A stretch of DNA of 61,439 bases from a virus (Duplodnaviria; Caudoviricetes), in the IMG/VR virus record IMGVR_UViG_3300043256_000338, positions 1 through 61,439 of that record. One strand, given 5' to 3'. How positions within the stretch are numbered: the stretch's first letter is position 1; each line of letters opens with the position of its first letter. Positions 43,567 through 53,989 of the stretch are shown piece after piece. The notes below the pieces were generated by a model. It did no database searches. It was not told the origin of the DNA and saw only the letters and a list, made by a program, of their open reading frames with translations. The translations under genes were made by a program, and so were the position numbers.

Positions 43567-46239
43567 CTATCCCCTTCCACCCTGCTGGATGCCGTCTTGA
43601 TTGTCCCGGACCACGGTAGCAATCTCCGCCTGAACCTGATCGTCGTTCCGGATCGCCTCGCGGAAGACCTTTCCGCCAACGATGATCTGGGGAGTCACGC
43701 TCACCGAGACCTCCGGAGCCGGAGCCTGGATCACCGTCGTCTTCTCGTTCGACTTCCTGTTCAGGATCGCCGCGGTCTCCGCTGCCGGCACGATAGTCCC
43801 AGACGAGGGAGGCGTGAAGGGGGTCGGAAGCCCCGATCCCGGGATGAAGGCCCCGCCACTGCCAGGGAGCACCGAACCGCCGGTAACCCGGGTAGCGAAG
43901 CGACTCGCCGAGCTCGAGACCCGCCTCGAAGCCCTGGACGCCGCCACCGACGCCGAAAGCGGCGACCTGGACGGCACGAACAGCTCTGGGCCACCCTCGT
44001 TGACGAAGAACCTTCGACCAGCCGACGCCGACGCCCCAGTCCTGGCAGCGGCCCCGCCACTGATCCCGGACGTGATCGCCCTCAAAATCAGCGCTTTGAT
44101 GATCGCAGCGACGATGTCCTTCGCGATGTTCCGCAAGATGTTTGAGAGCTGCTCCTTCAAGGCGTCTAGATCGTTGGCACCACTGATCGCGAACTCGGCA
44201 AGAGCATCTGACGTCCTGTCGATCCCGGAGACCAGCGCATTGGCAAACGCATCACCAAGCTGCAGAGCCTTGTCGCGTGCGTCAATCAATACCTTCGTGA
44301 AGTCTTCCATCTGGGTTCGGGCTTCATCGCCCGCACCAGGAAGCTCACGTAGCAGCCTCAGACGTTCCGCTAACTCAGCGTTGCCGCGAGCCAGAGCCTC
44401 GATCTCGGCAAGCGCCGCCTGCGATTCCTCAGAACCGATATCGAGGCCGGCCTTGCGTATTGCTTGCTCAGCACGCAAGCGTTCCATGAGAACGTCTCGC
44501 TCTACGCCCTCAAGTCCGATAAGCCTCCGCTGGTTATCGAGGTTCTGGAGTTGCCCTTTCAACGCACGGCCAGTCCGGCGACGAAGCTCGGCTAGTTGAC
44601 GTTCGGACTCGGCGGCAGCATTGATCTTTGCAGTTGCCTGATCCTGGACAGTGACGTAGTCCGTCGTCAACCCGGCAATCCGCTGCGTCTCATCGCCAAG
44701 CGCGCTGAGGTCTCCAGCAGTCATGAGGAATGCATCACCTGTAGCAGAAGTATCGGCAGCCATCGCGATCAGTTCCTCGCGAGTGACGCCGATGAAGCCG
44801 GCTGCGATGTCTTGCTTCTCGCCGAGCGTCAGCGTCTGGTCCCCAAGCTCGGCAATGATCCCAGCGATCAGCGTAGCGTTGACTCCCAGATCGTTGAGCC
44901 CCTCTCGGAGATTGGCTAGCTGGACTTGTGTGTCTTCACCTTGCGGGAATAGTTGCAGCTCGTTGCCGAGTCGCTGTTGCTGGAACCGAAGTCGATCCTG
45001 TTCTGCCGGCTGTTGATCGATGTCTTCACTTCGACCAAAAGTTCCGATAAATGGCACAGTAATGCCAGAACTAGATGCGGCACCTACGCGAGCCTCTTCC
45101 GCAGCAGCAGCACCCGCAGCACCCGCTCCGGTAGTAGTCGTGCGCCTACGAAATTGACCAACTACATCCCCAGCGCCAGTAGTCAACCTTGCCATGAACT
45201 CGAGCGCTTCACCAAGGTTTTCGATGAACGGGCCAAATTGCTCACCCAGTATGATGAAAGCATTCGACAACCGTGCGACAGACTGCTCAAAACTCGGGCC
45301 CAGCTGCTTGAACGCCGCGTCGATATCGCCGGCAGCGCCCTCGAGCGCGAACACCAGCCTCTCGCTTGTGAGCTCGCCGGCGGCGCCCATCGCCCGGAGC
45401 TCTCCAATCGTCACCCCGAGCTGCTCGGCCAGCTTCTCCGCCAGGAGCGGAGCGCTCTCAAGCAGGCTCCTGAGCTCGTCCCCTTGTAGCCGTCCAGAGG
45501 CCAATGCCTGGCCCAGCTGGGTGATTGCCGAACGGACCTCTTCCGACGATGACCCGCCCACGATGAACGCCTGGTTGAGCGTTCTCAGGATCCCAACCGT
45601 CCGTTCTGCATCGACCCCAAGATTCCGAGTCGCGATTCGCAGACGAGCGAAAGTTGCAGCGTTCCGCTCAATCGAGGTCCCCGTCTCTTCGGAGACCTGC
45701 CGAATCCGGTCGAAATTGGCTTCGGTCTCCTCCACCGAGCCGGAGACCGCCTTGATCCGGCGTTGGAGTCGCTGGAACGCAGAAGCATTGTTGATGATCG
45801 AGCGAATCACCAAACCTGTCCCCAGGGCAGCGATCGCCGTCTGCAGCCCACCGACCTCAAATCGGGTTTCGCGTGCCCGCCTGGCCACGTTACGTAGCCC
45901 TGCCGGGATTCGACGGAGAGACCGGACTGCCGCATCAGACGTCCGCCGAATTCGGTCAAGAGCTCGCGGGAGCCCCGTAAGACGCTCCCGTTCCACCTGG
46001 CGCAGAACAGCCCGGAGCCTTTCGGCTTGCCGGGTCACGCCTTGCAGGCGGACAGTAGAAGAAGCCAGAGCAGCACGATCGACCGTGAGCTTCACCGGGG
46101 CGAACGTTCTCGCCAGGGTCCGCTTGAGCTTCTTCGCCCGGTCTTCCATCGAATCGAGCTCGCGCTTGACGAGGCGCGAGCTCCGCTGGACGGTATCCGT
46201 CTTCAGCACGATCTGGATCGGGAAAGTCTCGGCTGCCAA
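43567..46239 (-). CDS. Tape measure protein
   Basis: AITQLGQALASGRLQGDELRSLLE tape-measure motif; Ala-rich helical. Confidence 0.93.
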   Translation of the reverse strand: MAAETFPIQIVLKTDTVQRSSRLVKRELDSMEDRAKKLKRTLARTFAPVKLTVDRAALASSTVRLQGVTRQAERLRAVLRQVERERLTGLPRALDRIRRTSDAAVRSLRRIPAGLRNVARRARETRFEVGGLQTAIAALGTGLVIRSIINNASAFQRLQRRIKAVSGSVEETEANFDRIRQVSEETGTSIERNAATFARLRIATRNLGVDAERTVGILRTLNQAFIVGGSSSEEVRSAITQLGQALASGRLQGDELRSLLESAPLLAEKLAEQLGVTIGELRAMGAAGELTSERLVFALEGAAGDIDAAFKQLGPSFEQSVARLSNAFIILGEQFGPFIENLGEALEFMARLTTGAGDVVGQFRRRTTTTGAGAAGAAAAEEARVGAASSSGITVPFIGTFGRSEDIDQQPAEQDRLRFQQQRLGNELQLFPQGEDTQVQLANLREGLNDLGVNATLIAGIIAELGDQTLTLGEKQDIAAGFIGVTREELIAMAADTSATGDAFLMTAGDLSALGDETQRIAGLTTDYVTVQDQATAKINAAAESERQLAELRRRTGRALKGQLQNLDNQRRLIGLEGVERDVLMERLRAEQAIRKAGLDIGSEESQAALAEIEALARGNAELAERLRLLRELPGAGDEARTQMEDFTKVLIDARDKALQLGDAFANALVSGIDRTSDALAEFAISGANDLDALKEQLSNILRNIAKDIVAAIIKALILRAITSGISGGAAARTGASASAGRRFFVNEGGPELFVPSRSPLSASVAASRASRRVSSSASRFATRVTGGSVLPGSGGAFIPGSGLPTPFTPPSSGTIVPAAETAAILNRKSNEKTTVIQAPAPEVSVSVTPQIIVGGKVFREAIRNDDQVQAEIATVVRDNQDGIQQGGRG

Positions 46240-46241
46240 GC

Positions 46242-46646
46242 CTACCTCCGTCGGCGATTGCTACCGAAGCCCCCAGCGGGCTCGGCGGGTGGCGCTGGAT
46301 TGGACGACTGCGACTGGTGCTCGCCAACCCACTCCATGTAAGTCCCGTCCATCACTTTGATCACCACCTCCAGCAGGCGGCGAGCTCCCTTGTCGAGTCC
46401 TAGCTCGTACCCGTGATCCCGGATCTTCGACACTGGGATCGGGCCGACTGACAGCCCAAGGGGGCGTTCGGTCGAAAGATCCCAGAACCAGTCGAGGTAG
46501 ATCTCGGATCCAAGAGGAATCCAGTATGCCTCGTCATCATCGAACCACTCAGGCGGAGGACGCCCCTTCTCGAGGCCAGCCCTTACTGACCATCCGTCTC
46601 GGTTGTACTTACACTCCCATCTAAGACGGGAGGCAAGGAGTTTCCC
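46242..46646 (-). CDS. Tail assembly chaperone -1 frameshift extension (gpGT-like)
   Basis: -1 frame open from G GGA AAC (46646..46640): LLASRLRWE...YLDWFWDLSTERPLGLSVGPIPVSKIRD... Confidence 0.82.
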   Translation of the reverse strand, partial: GKLLASRLRWECKYNRDGWSVRAGLEKGRPPPEWFDDDEAYWIPLGSEIYLDWFWDLSTERPLGLSVGPIPVSKIRDHGYELGLDKGARRLLEVVIKVMDGTYMEWVGEHQSQSSNPAPPAEPAGGFGSNRRRR

Positions 46647-47086
46647 AGGGCAGCCGCGTCCTCATCGGGCACCTCGTCATCGAAGGACTCGATGAACGAC
46701 AGCGGGTTCGAGAAGTGGTTGCGGACATCGTCAAACATCCATTCGGGTAGCGCATTCACTAGCGCCGAGACGTTGGCGATGTTGAACAGCGCATCGTTCC
46801 CCTCAGAATCTTTGAAGCCCTCCCAGCTTGTCAGAATGAACTTCGGAAACAGCTCGCGATCGTGCTCGCGATTGTCCTCGAGCTCACGCACCGATAGCTT
46901 CCCGGCCCGAAGGCGACGTGCACTCCGGGCGCTGCGCTTGAGTAGCGAACTGAAGTAGGGTCTGTTTGCCTCACCGGCAAACTTACCGATCAAAACAGGT
47001 TCGCCTTCGAGCTCCATGAGCTCGAAACGAGTCGTCTCCGTAGCATCTACATTGAGCTTACGGATATGACTGAAGTCAGCGGTCAA
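46583..47086 (-). CDS. Tail assembly chaperone (gpG-like)
   Basis: TTG 47086 after GGAAGGGG; between tail tube and tape measure; ends LGNS at slippery site. Confidence 0.85.
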   Translation of the reverse strand: MTADFSHIRKLNVDATETTRFELMELEGEPVLIGKFAGEANRPYFSSLLKRSARSARRLRAGKLSVRELEDNREHDRELFPKFILTSWEGFKDSEGNDALFNIANVSALVNALPEWMFDDVRNHFSNPLSFIESFDDEVPDEDAAALGNSLPPVLDGSVSTTETDGQ

Positions 47087-47099
47087 TTCGTGCCCCTTC

Positions 47100-48701
47100 C
47101 TATGGGACGATCGGGAAGATTGTGATTCCGAACACGGTGTCGAGAACCGGGTCGATGAACGCCTCACCAGTCAGCGTCAGTTGGACCGATTCGTTGACAG
47201 GAAGCTCGCGCGATCCGCCTCCCAGCTTCATGGATGGGATGTCGGTCACGATCGCCCCGTCCGCGTTCTTCACGATGGTGTCCATGCTTACCGTCGCGTT
47301 TGCACGGATCCGCGCCGGGACAAGGGGGCTCGTGAACAGGATGTTCCCCTCGATCGTCACGGCCAGATTGCCGATGTTGATGAATCGAGCCCCGAGTACT
47401 CCGAGAACTTTCTCCGGCGTCACGTTGTTGTTGATCGTGAGCGTGAGCGCCTTGAAGTCGGTAGTGAGGCCCGTCTCATCGACGTCGGTGACCCGGAGCC
47501 TCGTGATGTTCGAAGAAGTGTTGAGAGCCGCGTCCTGGACAGGCACGAGCGGAACGCTAGCTCCGGTCTTGCGGCTCGCGTTATCGACCGGATCCTGGGC
47601 GTCGGTCGACACGAAAGCGAACGTCACCGTGGATTTGTCCGTGAGCGGAAGCGACCACGCGAGCTGGTTGCAGTAGCTGTTGACCAGGTACTCGAACCCG
47701 TCCGGGTTCGCGACCGGAGTCGGGGGAGTCGTCTCGAAAAGGTTCGACCAGGCGCCCTCGAAGAGGAAGATCCGCTCGAGAAACTCGGACGAATCCACCG
47801 CGACCGGGCGAACGAAGATCCCGAACAGGAGATCCAGCGCAGTGGTCGGAGCCGTCCCGTCGGTGAACTGAAGCGCAGCGTCGACCTTGTCGCACACGAT
47901 CGTTCCGGCAGTCGCGCTCACCGAGACGATGCGCGCATAGCCGACCATATCGTTGGCAGCCGCGTTCTCGAACCCATTGACCGTTGCGCCGGCAGAATCC
48001 GGCGATCCGATGTGGACGAACATGCCAGGGACGAGCCCGAACTGCTGGAAATCGGTGATGTCGGCAGCGGATGCGAGCGTCGCCTGCTTCGTGCCGGAAT
48101 CCCAGGTCCAGGTAAAGTCGACAGCGGCAGCCAACGAGCGAAGCCCGGCCAGCTCGATCGAGTTGTTCTGGGTTGCCGACGGGGTCTCGTCGACCAGCGC
48201 CTCAGCTACCGTAACGGCGACAGCAGAGGTCGCGATGTCGGCGTCGAGCGATTTGATCCCGTTGTTGGCCGAGTCGGAATGTCCCCTGGCGTAGATGAGG
48301 GTTGCGTACTGGGCAGACGCCCACTCGAGTTTGTCTGCCTGAGCAGCAGACAGAGCCGCCACGGTGTAAGCGTCGGTAGAGGCGACGACCGCAGACGGGG
48401 TGATCGTCAGATCTGCGTTGACTGCAGTCGCGAACGCGAACCCCTCGATGAAGTCGAGGAACGAGTCGAGCGTCAAGTCAGCAGTGAACTCGACCGCAGC
48501 ATCCAGGTCCGTGATCGTGCCGGGGCGAGCTCCACGAATCTTTGAGATCGGGTTGCGAGAGACCGTCGTGATCTCCGGGCCGAAATTCTGAATCTCGTTC
48601 GGCTCGAGCAGCTTCCAGTCGCCAACGGACGTCGTGAAGACATCGAAAGCAGACTGGATCGCGTATGACAGCGAGAATGTGTTGGTTAGAACGCGTCCCA
48701 T
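47100..48701 (-). CDS. Major tail tube protein
   Basis: 533 aa; SRNPIS..GTITDLDA, LTINNNVTPEKVLG; position. Confidence 0.85.
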   Translation of the reverse strand: MGRVLTNTFSLSYAIQSAFDVFTTSVGDWKLLEPNEIQNFGPEITTVSRNPISKIRGARPGTITDLDAAVEFTADLTLDSFLDFIEGFAFATAVNADLTITPSAVVASTDAYTVAALSAAQADKLEWASAQYATLIYARGHSDSANNGIKSLDADIATSAVAVTVAEALVDETPSATQNNSIELAGLRSLAAAVDFTWTWDSGTKQATLASAADITDFQQFGLVPGMFVHIGSPDSAGATVNGFENAAANDMVGYARIVSVSATAGTIVCDKVDAALQFTDGTAPTTALDLLFGIFVRPVAVDSSEFLERIFLFEGAWSNLFETTPPTPVANPDGFEYLVNSYCNQLAWSLPLTDKSTVTFAFVSTDAQDPVDNASRKTGASVPLVPVQDAALNTSSNITRLRVTDVDETGLTTDFKALTLTINNNVTPEKVLGVLGARFINIGNLAVTIEGNILFTSPLVPARIRANATVSMDTIVKNADGAIVTDIPSMKLGGGSRELPVNESVQLTLTGEAFIDPVLDTVFGITIFPIVP

Positions 48702-48747
48702 GGCACGACCATCCTTTCGTGAAGCACGGTATCAACTCCGGTTGCCA

Positions 48748-49152
48748 CTATCTACCTCGGATGCCTTTCAAAACCCCAGCCTCCACGAATCGGGCTGGCG
48801 CTTGCGCTGAGCTCCCACCGTTCAGAACGCCTATGTACGCCGTGTTGTTGCTGATGTAGAGCGGCCCCATGCGGAGCTTGTAGGTCTTGGCAATTCCTTG
48901 GGAGAGAGCCTCGTTCGCGGAGACCTTGGCGATCGCCTCAGCAACGATAGCGGCGCGATTCGTCCCGCTTGGGGCAGCCGACCCATCCAGCTTCGGGGCG
49001 GATCCAACGGATGGCGTCCACCGCGACCTGGCGAAGTTGGTGTCCACCGGTGTCTCGGTCGTGAGCACCTGCATGATCCGCAGCTGGGTTTTCCCGACCT
49101 CCCTCGCCGTGAATTGGTTCAGAGCTCGTAGGATCCGGTCGCTCTCTGACAT
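48748..49152 (-). CDS. Tail completion/neck protein (HK97 gp10-like)
   Basis: TPVDTNFARSRW, YISNNTAYIGVLNGGSSAQAPARFV. Confidence 0.82.
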   Translation of the reverse strand: MSESDRILRALNQFTAREVGKTQLRIMQVLTTETPVDTNFARSRWTPSVGSAPKLDGSAAPSGTNRAAIVAEAIAKVSANEALSQGIAKTYKLRMGPLYISNNTAYIGVLNGGSSAQAPARFVEAGVLKGIRGR

Positions 49153-49598
49153 CAGCCGATATCCTCGCTCTTGACCCTGGCAGTCACGTCGATGCGAGAC
49201 CAGGGGCCGTCCAGGCCCTTCTCGGTCGACGTGACCTGGGTGAACCAGGCGCCGGACGCAAGCGAATTGCCACGAAATGCTAGTTTCGCGACCCTTGCGA
49301 GGACTCCGCCGAGCGTGTACCCGTCACCACTGGCGGTGTAGATCTCGACGGTTATCAGGCCTTCGTTGAGGAACCGGCGGGCGCCAGGAGCCCCGAGCGT
49401 ATCCTGGTCCTCTGACAGGTTTCGAATGCTGATGCGGCACCACGGAAGCGCTCGGCCGTCAGCGTCCTCCCCTTCCGGCTTGGCACTGTTCGCATCGTTG
49501 TCGTATACGATCGGCACCGGAGCACTGGTCCCATTCGCCAGCCAGGCGGTCCGGAACAGAGCGATCACATCCGTGCGTACTTCTTCGACCGTCGTCAT
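49152..49598 (-). CDS. Tail terminator-like protein
   Basis: ATG 49598; PWCRISIR..TLG..RRF..GLITVEIY. Confidence 0.72.
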   Translation of the reverse strand: MTTVEEVRTDVIALFRTAWLANGTSAPVPIVYDNDANSAKPEGEDADGRALPWCRISIRNLSEDQDTLGAPGARRFLNEGLITVEIYTASGDGYTLGGVLARVAKLAFRGNSLASGAWFTQVTSTEKGLDGPWSRIDVTARVKSEDIG

Positions 49599-49996
49599 TT
49601 GGCCAGCCCCACTGCATACAGGATCTCCTCGACGCCGGGCTGCAGGATCTCCACCGCGATGATCTTCCACATCTTTCCGCTGTCACGCAGCCGGGCGAAG
49701 GACGTGATCGCGTTCGCCCCGGAAAGGCTCGTCGCGGCGATCAGGCAGACCGATTCAAAGCTAGCCAGCAGCGTCTGGCTGAACATCTGGTCAACGTCAC
49801 GGCCGAAGCCACTGCCGCTCTTCGGGACGAACGAGGCGATGACCGTCTCCGGCGTCGGGCCCGCGGAGAAATCGGGGCCACGCTCTGGCTCGGACGGGTT
49901 CAGGAGATCCGTCGGGTTCTGGAGCAGGTCTACAGACCGGCCATTGGCCTCGATCTGCTTCTTCGCCAGGGCCTGCATGCGCACGAAATTGACCAT
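49595..49996 (-). CDS. Head-tail closure/adaptor protein
   Basis: AKKQIEANGRSV..WKIIAVEILQPG..LY. Confidence 0.72.
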   Translation of the reverse strand: MVNFVRMQALAKKQIEANGRSVDLLQNPTDLLNPSEPERGPDFSAGPTPETVIASFVPKSGSGFGRDVDQMFSQTLLASFESVCLIAATSLSGANAITSFARLRDSGKMWKIIAVEILQPGVEEILYAVGLAK

Positions 49997-50913
49997 CAGC
50001 GCCAACTCCCGCCCGATGGCTGCAGGTAGGGCTCGAGCCACGCGTCGGCCGCCGGATAGGGCTTGATCAGGGCCGAGAGGGCAGAGCCAGACTCGTAGAC
50101 CGTCCGCTCGAGGAGCGGCCCAGTTCGCTCCTCTTTCTCGATCACGGCGCGACCCGTGTCGTCTACCGTGGGATCCCGGTACAGGGCAGCGCCGGCAGCC
50201 CTGACCGCATACTCAGCAGCCGCATCCTTGAGCCGTGTGGGGACGCCTGTGACACGCAAACCGTTCCGGTCGACCAGGCCGGCGCGCGGGAACTCGAGCC
50301 CCTGGGAACCCGCCTCCGTGCCGTTCCTGAAGGCGGTGGTTATTACGTACTCGGAGCCTGTCACGGCAAGCGGGATGTCGTTCCCGGCCAGCCCGAAATT
50401 GACAGCCGTCAGCAAGAGCTCGAGCGTCGTCCCCTCCCGGAGCGCCGCCCTCGACGAGGAATTGGGGATCTGGGATTCCGAGAAGGTCACGCCGGCACCA
50501 TCAGCGTCGTCCGCCTGCAGCGCCGCGATCAGGTTCGTCAGGGAAGCCGCTCCTGAACCCCCGATCAGGATTTCCTCCGTGACCAGGTAGGTCAACGTCG
50601 CGCGGTAGATGTAGGTGAGCTCGCCGATCGTGATCGTGTCGCCGCCGGAGGGAATCCCTGAGAACGTCACCAGCGCCTGGGCCGGTGACCCCAGAAACGC
50701 GAATTCGCGCACTCCACGAAACCGGGGGCCCCACCGCGTATCGATATAGTCGGTGCCTCCGATACAGGCAGCGTCCTGAGCGGGAGTGCCGATCGTCGAC
50801 CAGAGATTCTCTGTGACCCGGCCACGATCGGTCAGGTAGGCCGTCACGAACGCCGGGTTGACGTAGGCATTGGCCCCGCGGACCCCGGAGCCGGTCTCTA
50901 TCACAAGTGCCAC
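49996..50913 (-). CDS. Head-tail adaptor (DnaT-like family) with inserted beta domain
   Basis: MALVIETGSGVRGANAYV..TDYID..QGLEFPR..VPTRLKDAAAEYAVRA. Confidence 0.8.
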   Translation of the reverse strand: MALVIETGSGVRGANAYVNPAFVTAYLTDRGRVTENLWSTIGTPAQDAACIGGTDYIDTRWGPRFRGVREFAFLGSPAQALVTFSGIPSGGDTITIGELTYIYRATLTYLVTEEILIGGSGAASLTNLIAALQADDADGAGVTFSESQIPNSSSRAALREGTTLELLLTAVNFGLAGNDIPLAVTGSEYVITTAFRNGTEAGSQGLEFPRAGLVDRNGLRVTGVPTRLKDAAAEYAVRAAGAALYRDPTVDDTGRAVIEKEERTGPLLERTVYESGSALSALIKPYPAADAWLEPYLQPSGGSWR

Positions 50914-53216
50914 TAGACTGTCCTCTCCAGGCCGTCGACCGAGATCTCAAGTGTCAAAAACACAGTAGATGCATCATCTCGGTAGAACTTGATAGTCTTC
51001 GACCCATCACCGTTCTCCGTCACGACAGATCGATTCGAGAAAAGGTCTAGGACGTCCTTGAGCGCCTGCCCAAACGAGCCGGCTACAAGCGAGCCTGTCG
51101 ACAAGTCGCTCCAGATGATGTCCGAAAGAGAATCCCAAGCCTGCACAATCGTCACGGCCCCACCGGAGTTGTCCGTCACGTCAAAGTTGCCTCGAAGGGC
51201 AATCGTCCCACCGGTGCAAGAGGCCGCGATGATTAGCTGACCATTGCCCTCAAGTGACATCGTGTCGACGCCACTGGCATTGAAGTTTCGAACCTCGATG
51301 CCGCCGGAGTAGCTTCGGAAATTGGCATTGACGTCTCCGATCAGTGCCCCGAAATCGAAGAACGGCGTCCCTGTCCCAGCAACGTTCGAGTCGCACTTCG
51401 AGAAGAAGAAGTCGCCCGCAGCCCCTGCCGTGACCCCGACCGCCAGTCCGCACTCATATGCCCGGCAAGGCGGAAGCGTAACCGTTCCAAGATGGCATTT
51501 CTCGAATGTAGGTTGTGCGCCACTCGACGTTGCAACACCAGATACGTCTGCATTTTGAAACGATGTACCTTCAATCTCTTGGCTCCCAAGAGCAAGAGAC
51601 CAGAGATTGTCAGCTATGAAAGTCTTACCGATCGTATCAGCAACAAGGGCGATAGATGAATTTCCAAGCACGTGGAAGCGAACCAGGTTCAGATTCGTAG
51701 CTAGTGTCAGCGCATCGGCCAACGTATCAACAGGATTGTCCGCAGTACCGTTTACGAACGACTCAGTGCCAGATACGCCACCATTCGTATCAATCCAGAT
51801 TGCACCATCATCGTAACCAACAGAGCGGTTCGCGATCGAATACGAGACGATCAACTGGTCGATGTACAGGTCGGCGCCCGACAGAGTGAAAGCACCATCG
51901 AAAAAGCGGATGCGAACAATCCCGATATTCGCTCCGGCCCCAACATGCGACGTGAGCAACGTGAAGTTGTGCACCCGGTTCGTGGACGAGTTGCGCCCTT
52001 CAACGGTACCTATACGATCCCACGTCGATCCACCCCAGTTGAACGCGTACACCTCAAGATCGTCATTGTTGCCCGTGAGGCGCCCAATCATCTCGGCGCC
52101 AGTTGGAACACCATCACCACCAATGCTGAACTGGTAGTAGAGATCTAGCTCTCCTGTGACGTCTTCATGCTGGTGTTCCACGCCGTCTAACGCCTGGGTG
52201 TCAACGAAGGTCCCAGACACCTGCGTGCCTCGGGTTAGAACGTACGACTCTGCAATCGTGTTTACCGCCGAGCCCGTCACTGCAATGTTGTTGAGCAACC
52301 CAGGGATCGTGACCCCTGTATCAACGGCAATCAAGTCCACGGTCCCACCGACAGCCCCGACCGCACTGTTGATCACACCCTGGCCAACATCCAGGGTGTT
52401 AAACCGACTCTCAATGCCGATTGCTATCATGTCGTCGATGTACTCACCGAAGGTGCCAGCAGCGACGTGACCTGCACGCGCCTCATCCCAAACCGCATCA
52501 GGAACGCCATCGAGGATAGCCTGCAGGTAAATGGCCCTTGGCACCACGATGCAGCGATCGTTGGTGGTTGGTGTGAACGGAAGATCCTCGCCAAGAGTGA
52601 ACGCACCATTGGTAGAGGCATAGCTCTCAACTCGCCTGGCGACCACCTCACCGGTCGAGTCGCGCACAATCAGGATCTGCCCATCCCAGAAGCCATCCGC
52701 CTGCGTGGCATTCGTCTGCACGACCGTCGTCGTTGAACCCGACGTAGCCAGGTACTGGTTCATGGCACCTAGCGCGAACTGCAACGACCCGAACGTATTC
52801 GCCGTGATGTGCGACGCCAATGGTCGATCCCAGACAGCCGCAGCGATCGAGCTATCTGTGATCGGGATGCCATAAGCCTCGATCCAAGCGGCTGCCGGGA
52901 TACTAGGATGCTCCATCGTAGTCAAAAGCACAAAGAAGTCGTCGAAGTCAGATCCGAACGCATTGACAAACCGAACCGCAATATAGGCTGCGTCGGTCTC
53001 TGAGGCAGTCAAGATCAGCGTATGAAACCCTGTGGATCCTACCTCAGATGGGTTGTTGGTAGACGCGGTGAACGTACCACCATCGAGCGAAATCTCGACC
53101 GTATGCTTCCCCCACAGAGCCCCGGTGGAGATGAGGCCTGATAGTTCAGTGACAAAGAAAATCCTTTTTACAGTCTTGTACTGGACGTCCTTGATGTACT
53201 GGACGCGGCTAGACAT
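50913..53216 (-). CDS. Large fibre/spike-like virion protein with VWDE-type repeats
   Basis: ATG 53216; AAVWDRPLASH..TFG, DAVWDEARAGH..TFG, DIIWSD..SFG; beta-rich. Confidence 0.65.
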   Translation of the reverse strand: MSSRVQYIKDVQYKTVKRIFFVTELSGLISTGALWGKHTVEISLDGGTFTASTNNPSEVGSTGFHTLILTASETDAAYIAVRFVNAFGSDFDDFFVLLTTMEHPSIPAAAWIEAYGIPITDSSIAAAVWDRPLASHITANTFGSLQFALGAMNQYLATSGSTTTVVQTNATQADGFWDGQILIVRDSTGEVVARRVESYASTNGAFTLGEDLPFTPTTNDRCIVVPRAIYLQAILDGVPDAVWDEARAGHVAAGTFGEYIDDMIAIGIESRFNTLDVGQGVINSAVGAVGGTVDLIAVDTGVTIPGLLNNIAVTGSAVNTIAESYVLTRGTQVSGTFVDTQALDGVEHQHEDVTGELDLYYQFSIGGDGVPTGAEMIGRLTGNNDDLEVYAFNWGGSTWDRIGTVEGRNSSTNRVHNFTLLTSHVGAGANIGIVRIRFFDGAFTLSGADLYIDQLIVSYSIANRSVGYDDGAIWIDTNGGVSGTESFVNGTADNPVDTLADALTLATNLNLVRFHVLGNSSIALVADTIGKTFIADNLWSLALGSQEIEGTSFQNADVSGVATSSGAQPTFEKCHLGTVTLPPCRAYECGLAVGVTAGAAGDFFFSKCDSNVAGTGTPFFDFGALIGDVNANFRSYSGGIEVRNFNASGVDTMSLEGNGQLIIAASCTGGTIALRGNFDVTDNSGGAVTIVQAWDSLSDIIWSDLSTGSLVAGSFGQALKDVLDLFSNRSVVTENGDGSKTIKFYRDDASTVFLTLEISVDGLERTV

Positions 53217-53592
53217 CAAGCACCACCACTCGTTTGCTCGGATCGACGACGACCACGCTGAGCTTGAGTCGTCGACACTCAGAGATCCAGCGCGCAACCT
53301 TCGGCCTCGACGCGGCCCCTGGCTTCAACTCCCAAACCCTCAGAGATCGATTATCGGTAGCGGTAACCATGATGTTCGCACGCCGAGGCGAAAGGTAGCC
53401 CGGCACGATTCGGGGCTGCCTGATGTAGAGGCAGAGGAACTCAGCGCATTGCGATGGGCGCTCGGCGTAGACCGAGCACCCAAGAGCCTGGCCGACATTG
53501 CAATTCGGGCACCATTCGCCTGTCGACTTGAGCTCGTCAACTTCTGGGGCCCAGCAACACGCCTTGCAGCTACCGCACGAGCGCTTCATCAC
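53209..53592 (-). CDS. YkgJ-family CxxCxxCC cysteine-cluster protein
   Basis: CGSCKACC..C..C..CSVYAERPSQCAEFLC. Confidence 0.78.
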   Translation of the reverse strand: MMKRSCGSCKACCWAPEVDELKSTGEWCPNCNVGQALGCSVYAERPSQCAEFLCLYIRQPRIVPGYLSPRRANIMVTATDNRSLRVWELKPGAASRPKVARWISECRRLKLSVVVVDPSKRVVVLDV

Positions 53593-53978
53593 GGCACCGG
53601 GCCCAACGCAAGCGTCACGCCGCTGTCAGCCAGCCCTTGGAAGAACAGCGTCAGCATCTGGACGCGATTCGGGCCAGACAATGACCGGCCCACAGCGTCA
53701 AGGGATCTGAGCACGGCAATGGCCGCAATCGCAACCTGCAGATCCGGGAGCGATGACGGAGAGAAGAAGTCGGTGATGAACGAAACGTCGGACGGAGCAA
53801 TCACGCGCGCCTCGAGAAGCACCGCTACTGCCGGCACCTCGATCTCAACCCCGACCCACTCCGCCGTCTGCTCAGCCGTGAAGGCGGACAGCTCCCAGGC
53901 GTCAGCGAGGGCATCCCACTCGACCGGCGTCGAGAACGAGCCGGCCCTTGTCGCGTCGAGAAACTCCTGGGTTGCCAT
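53589..53978 (-). CDS. Hypothetical protein
   Basis: AGGAGAG RBS; coupled. Confidence 0.6.
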   Translation of the reverse strand: MATQEFLDATRAGSFSTPVEWDALADAWELSAFTAEQTAEWVGVEIEVPAVAVLLEARVIAPSDVSFITDFFSPSSLPDLQVAIAAIAVLRSLDAVGRSLSGPNRVQMLTLFFQGLADSGVTLALGPVP

Positions 53979-53989
53979 CGCACTCTCTC

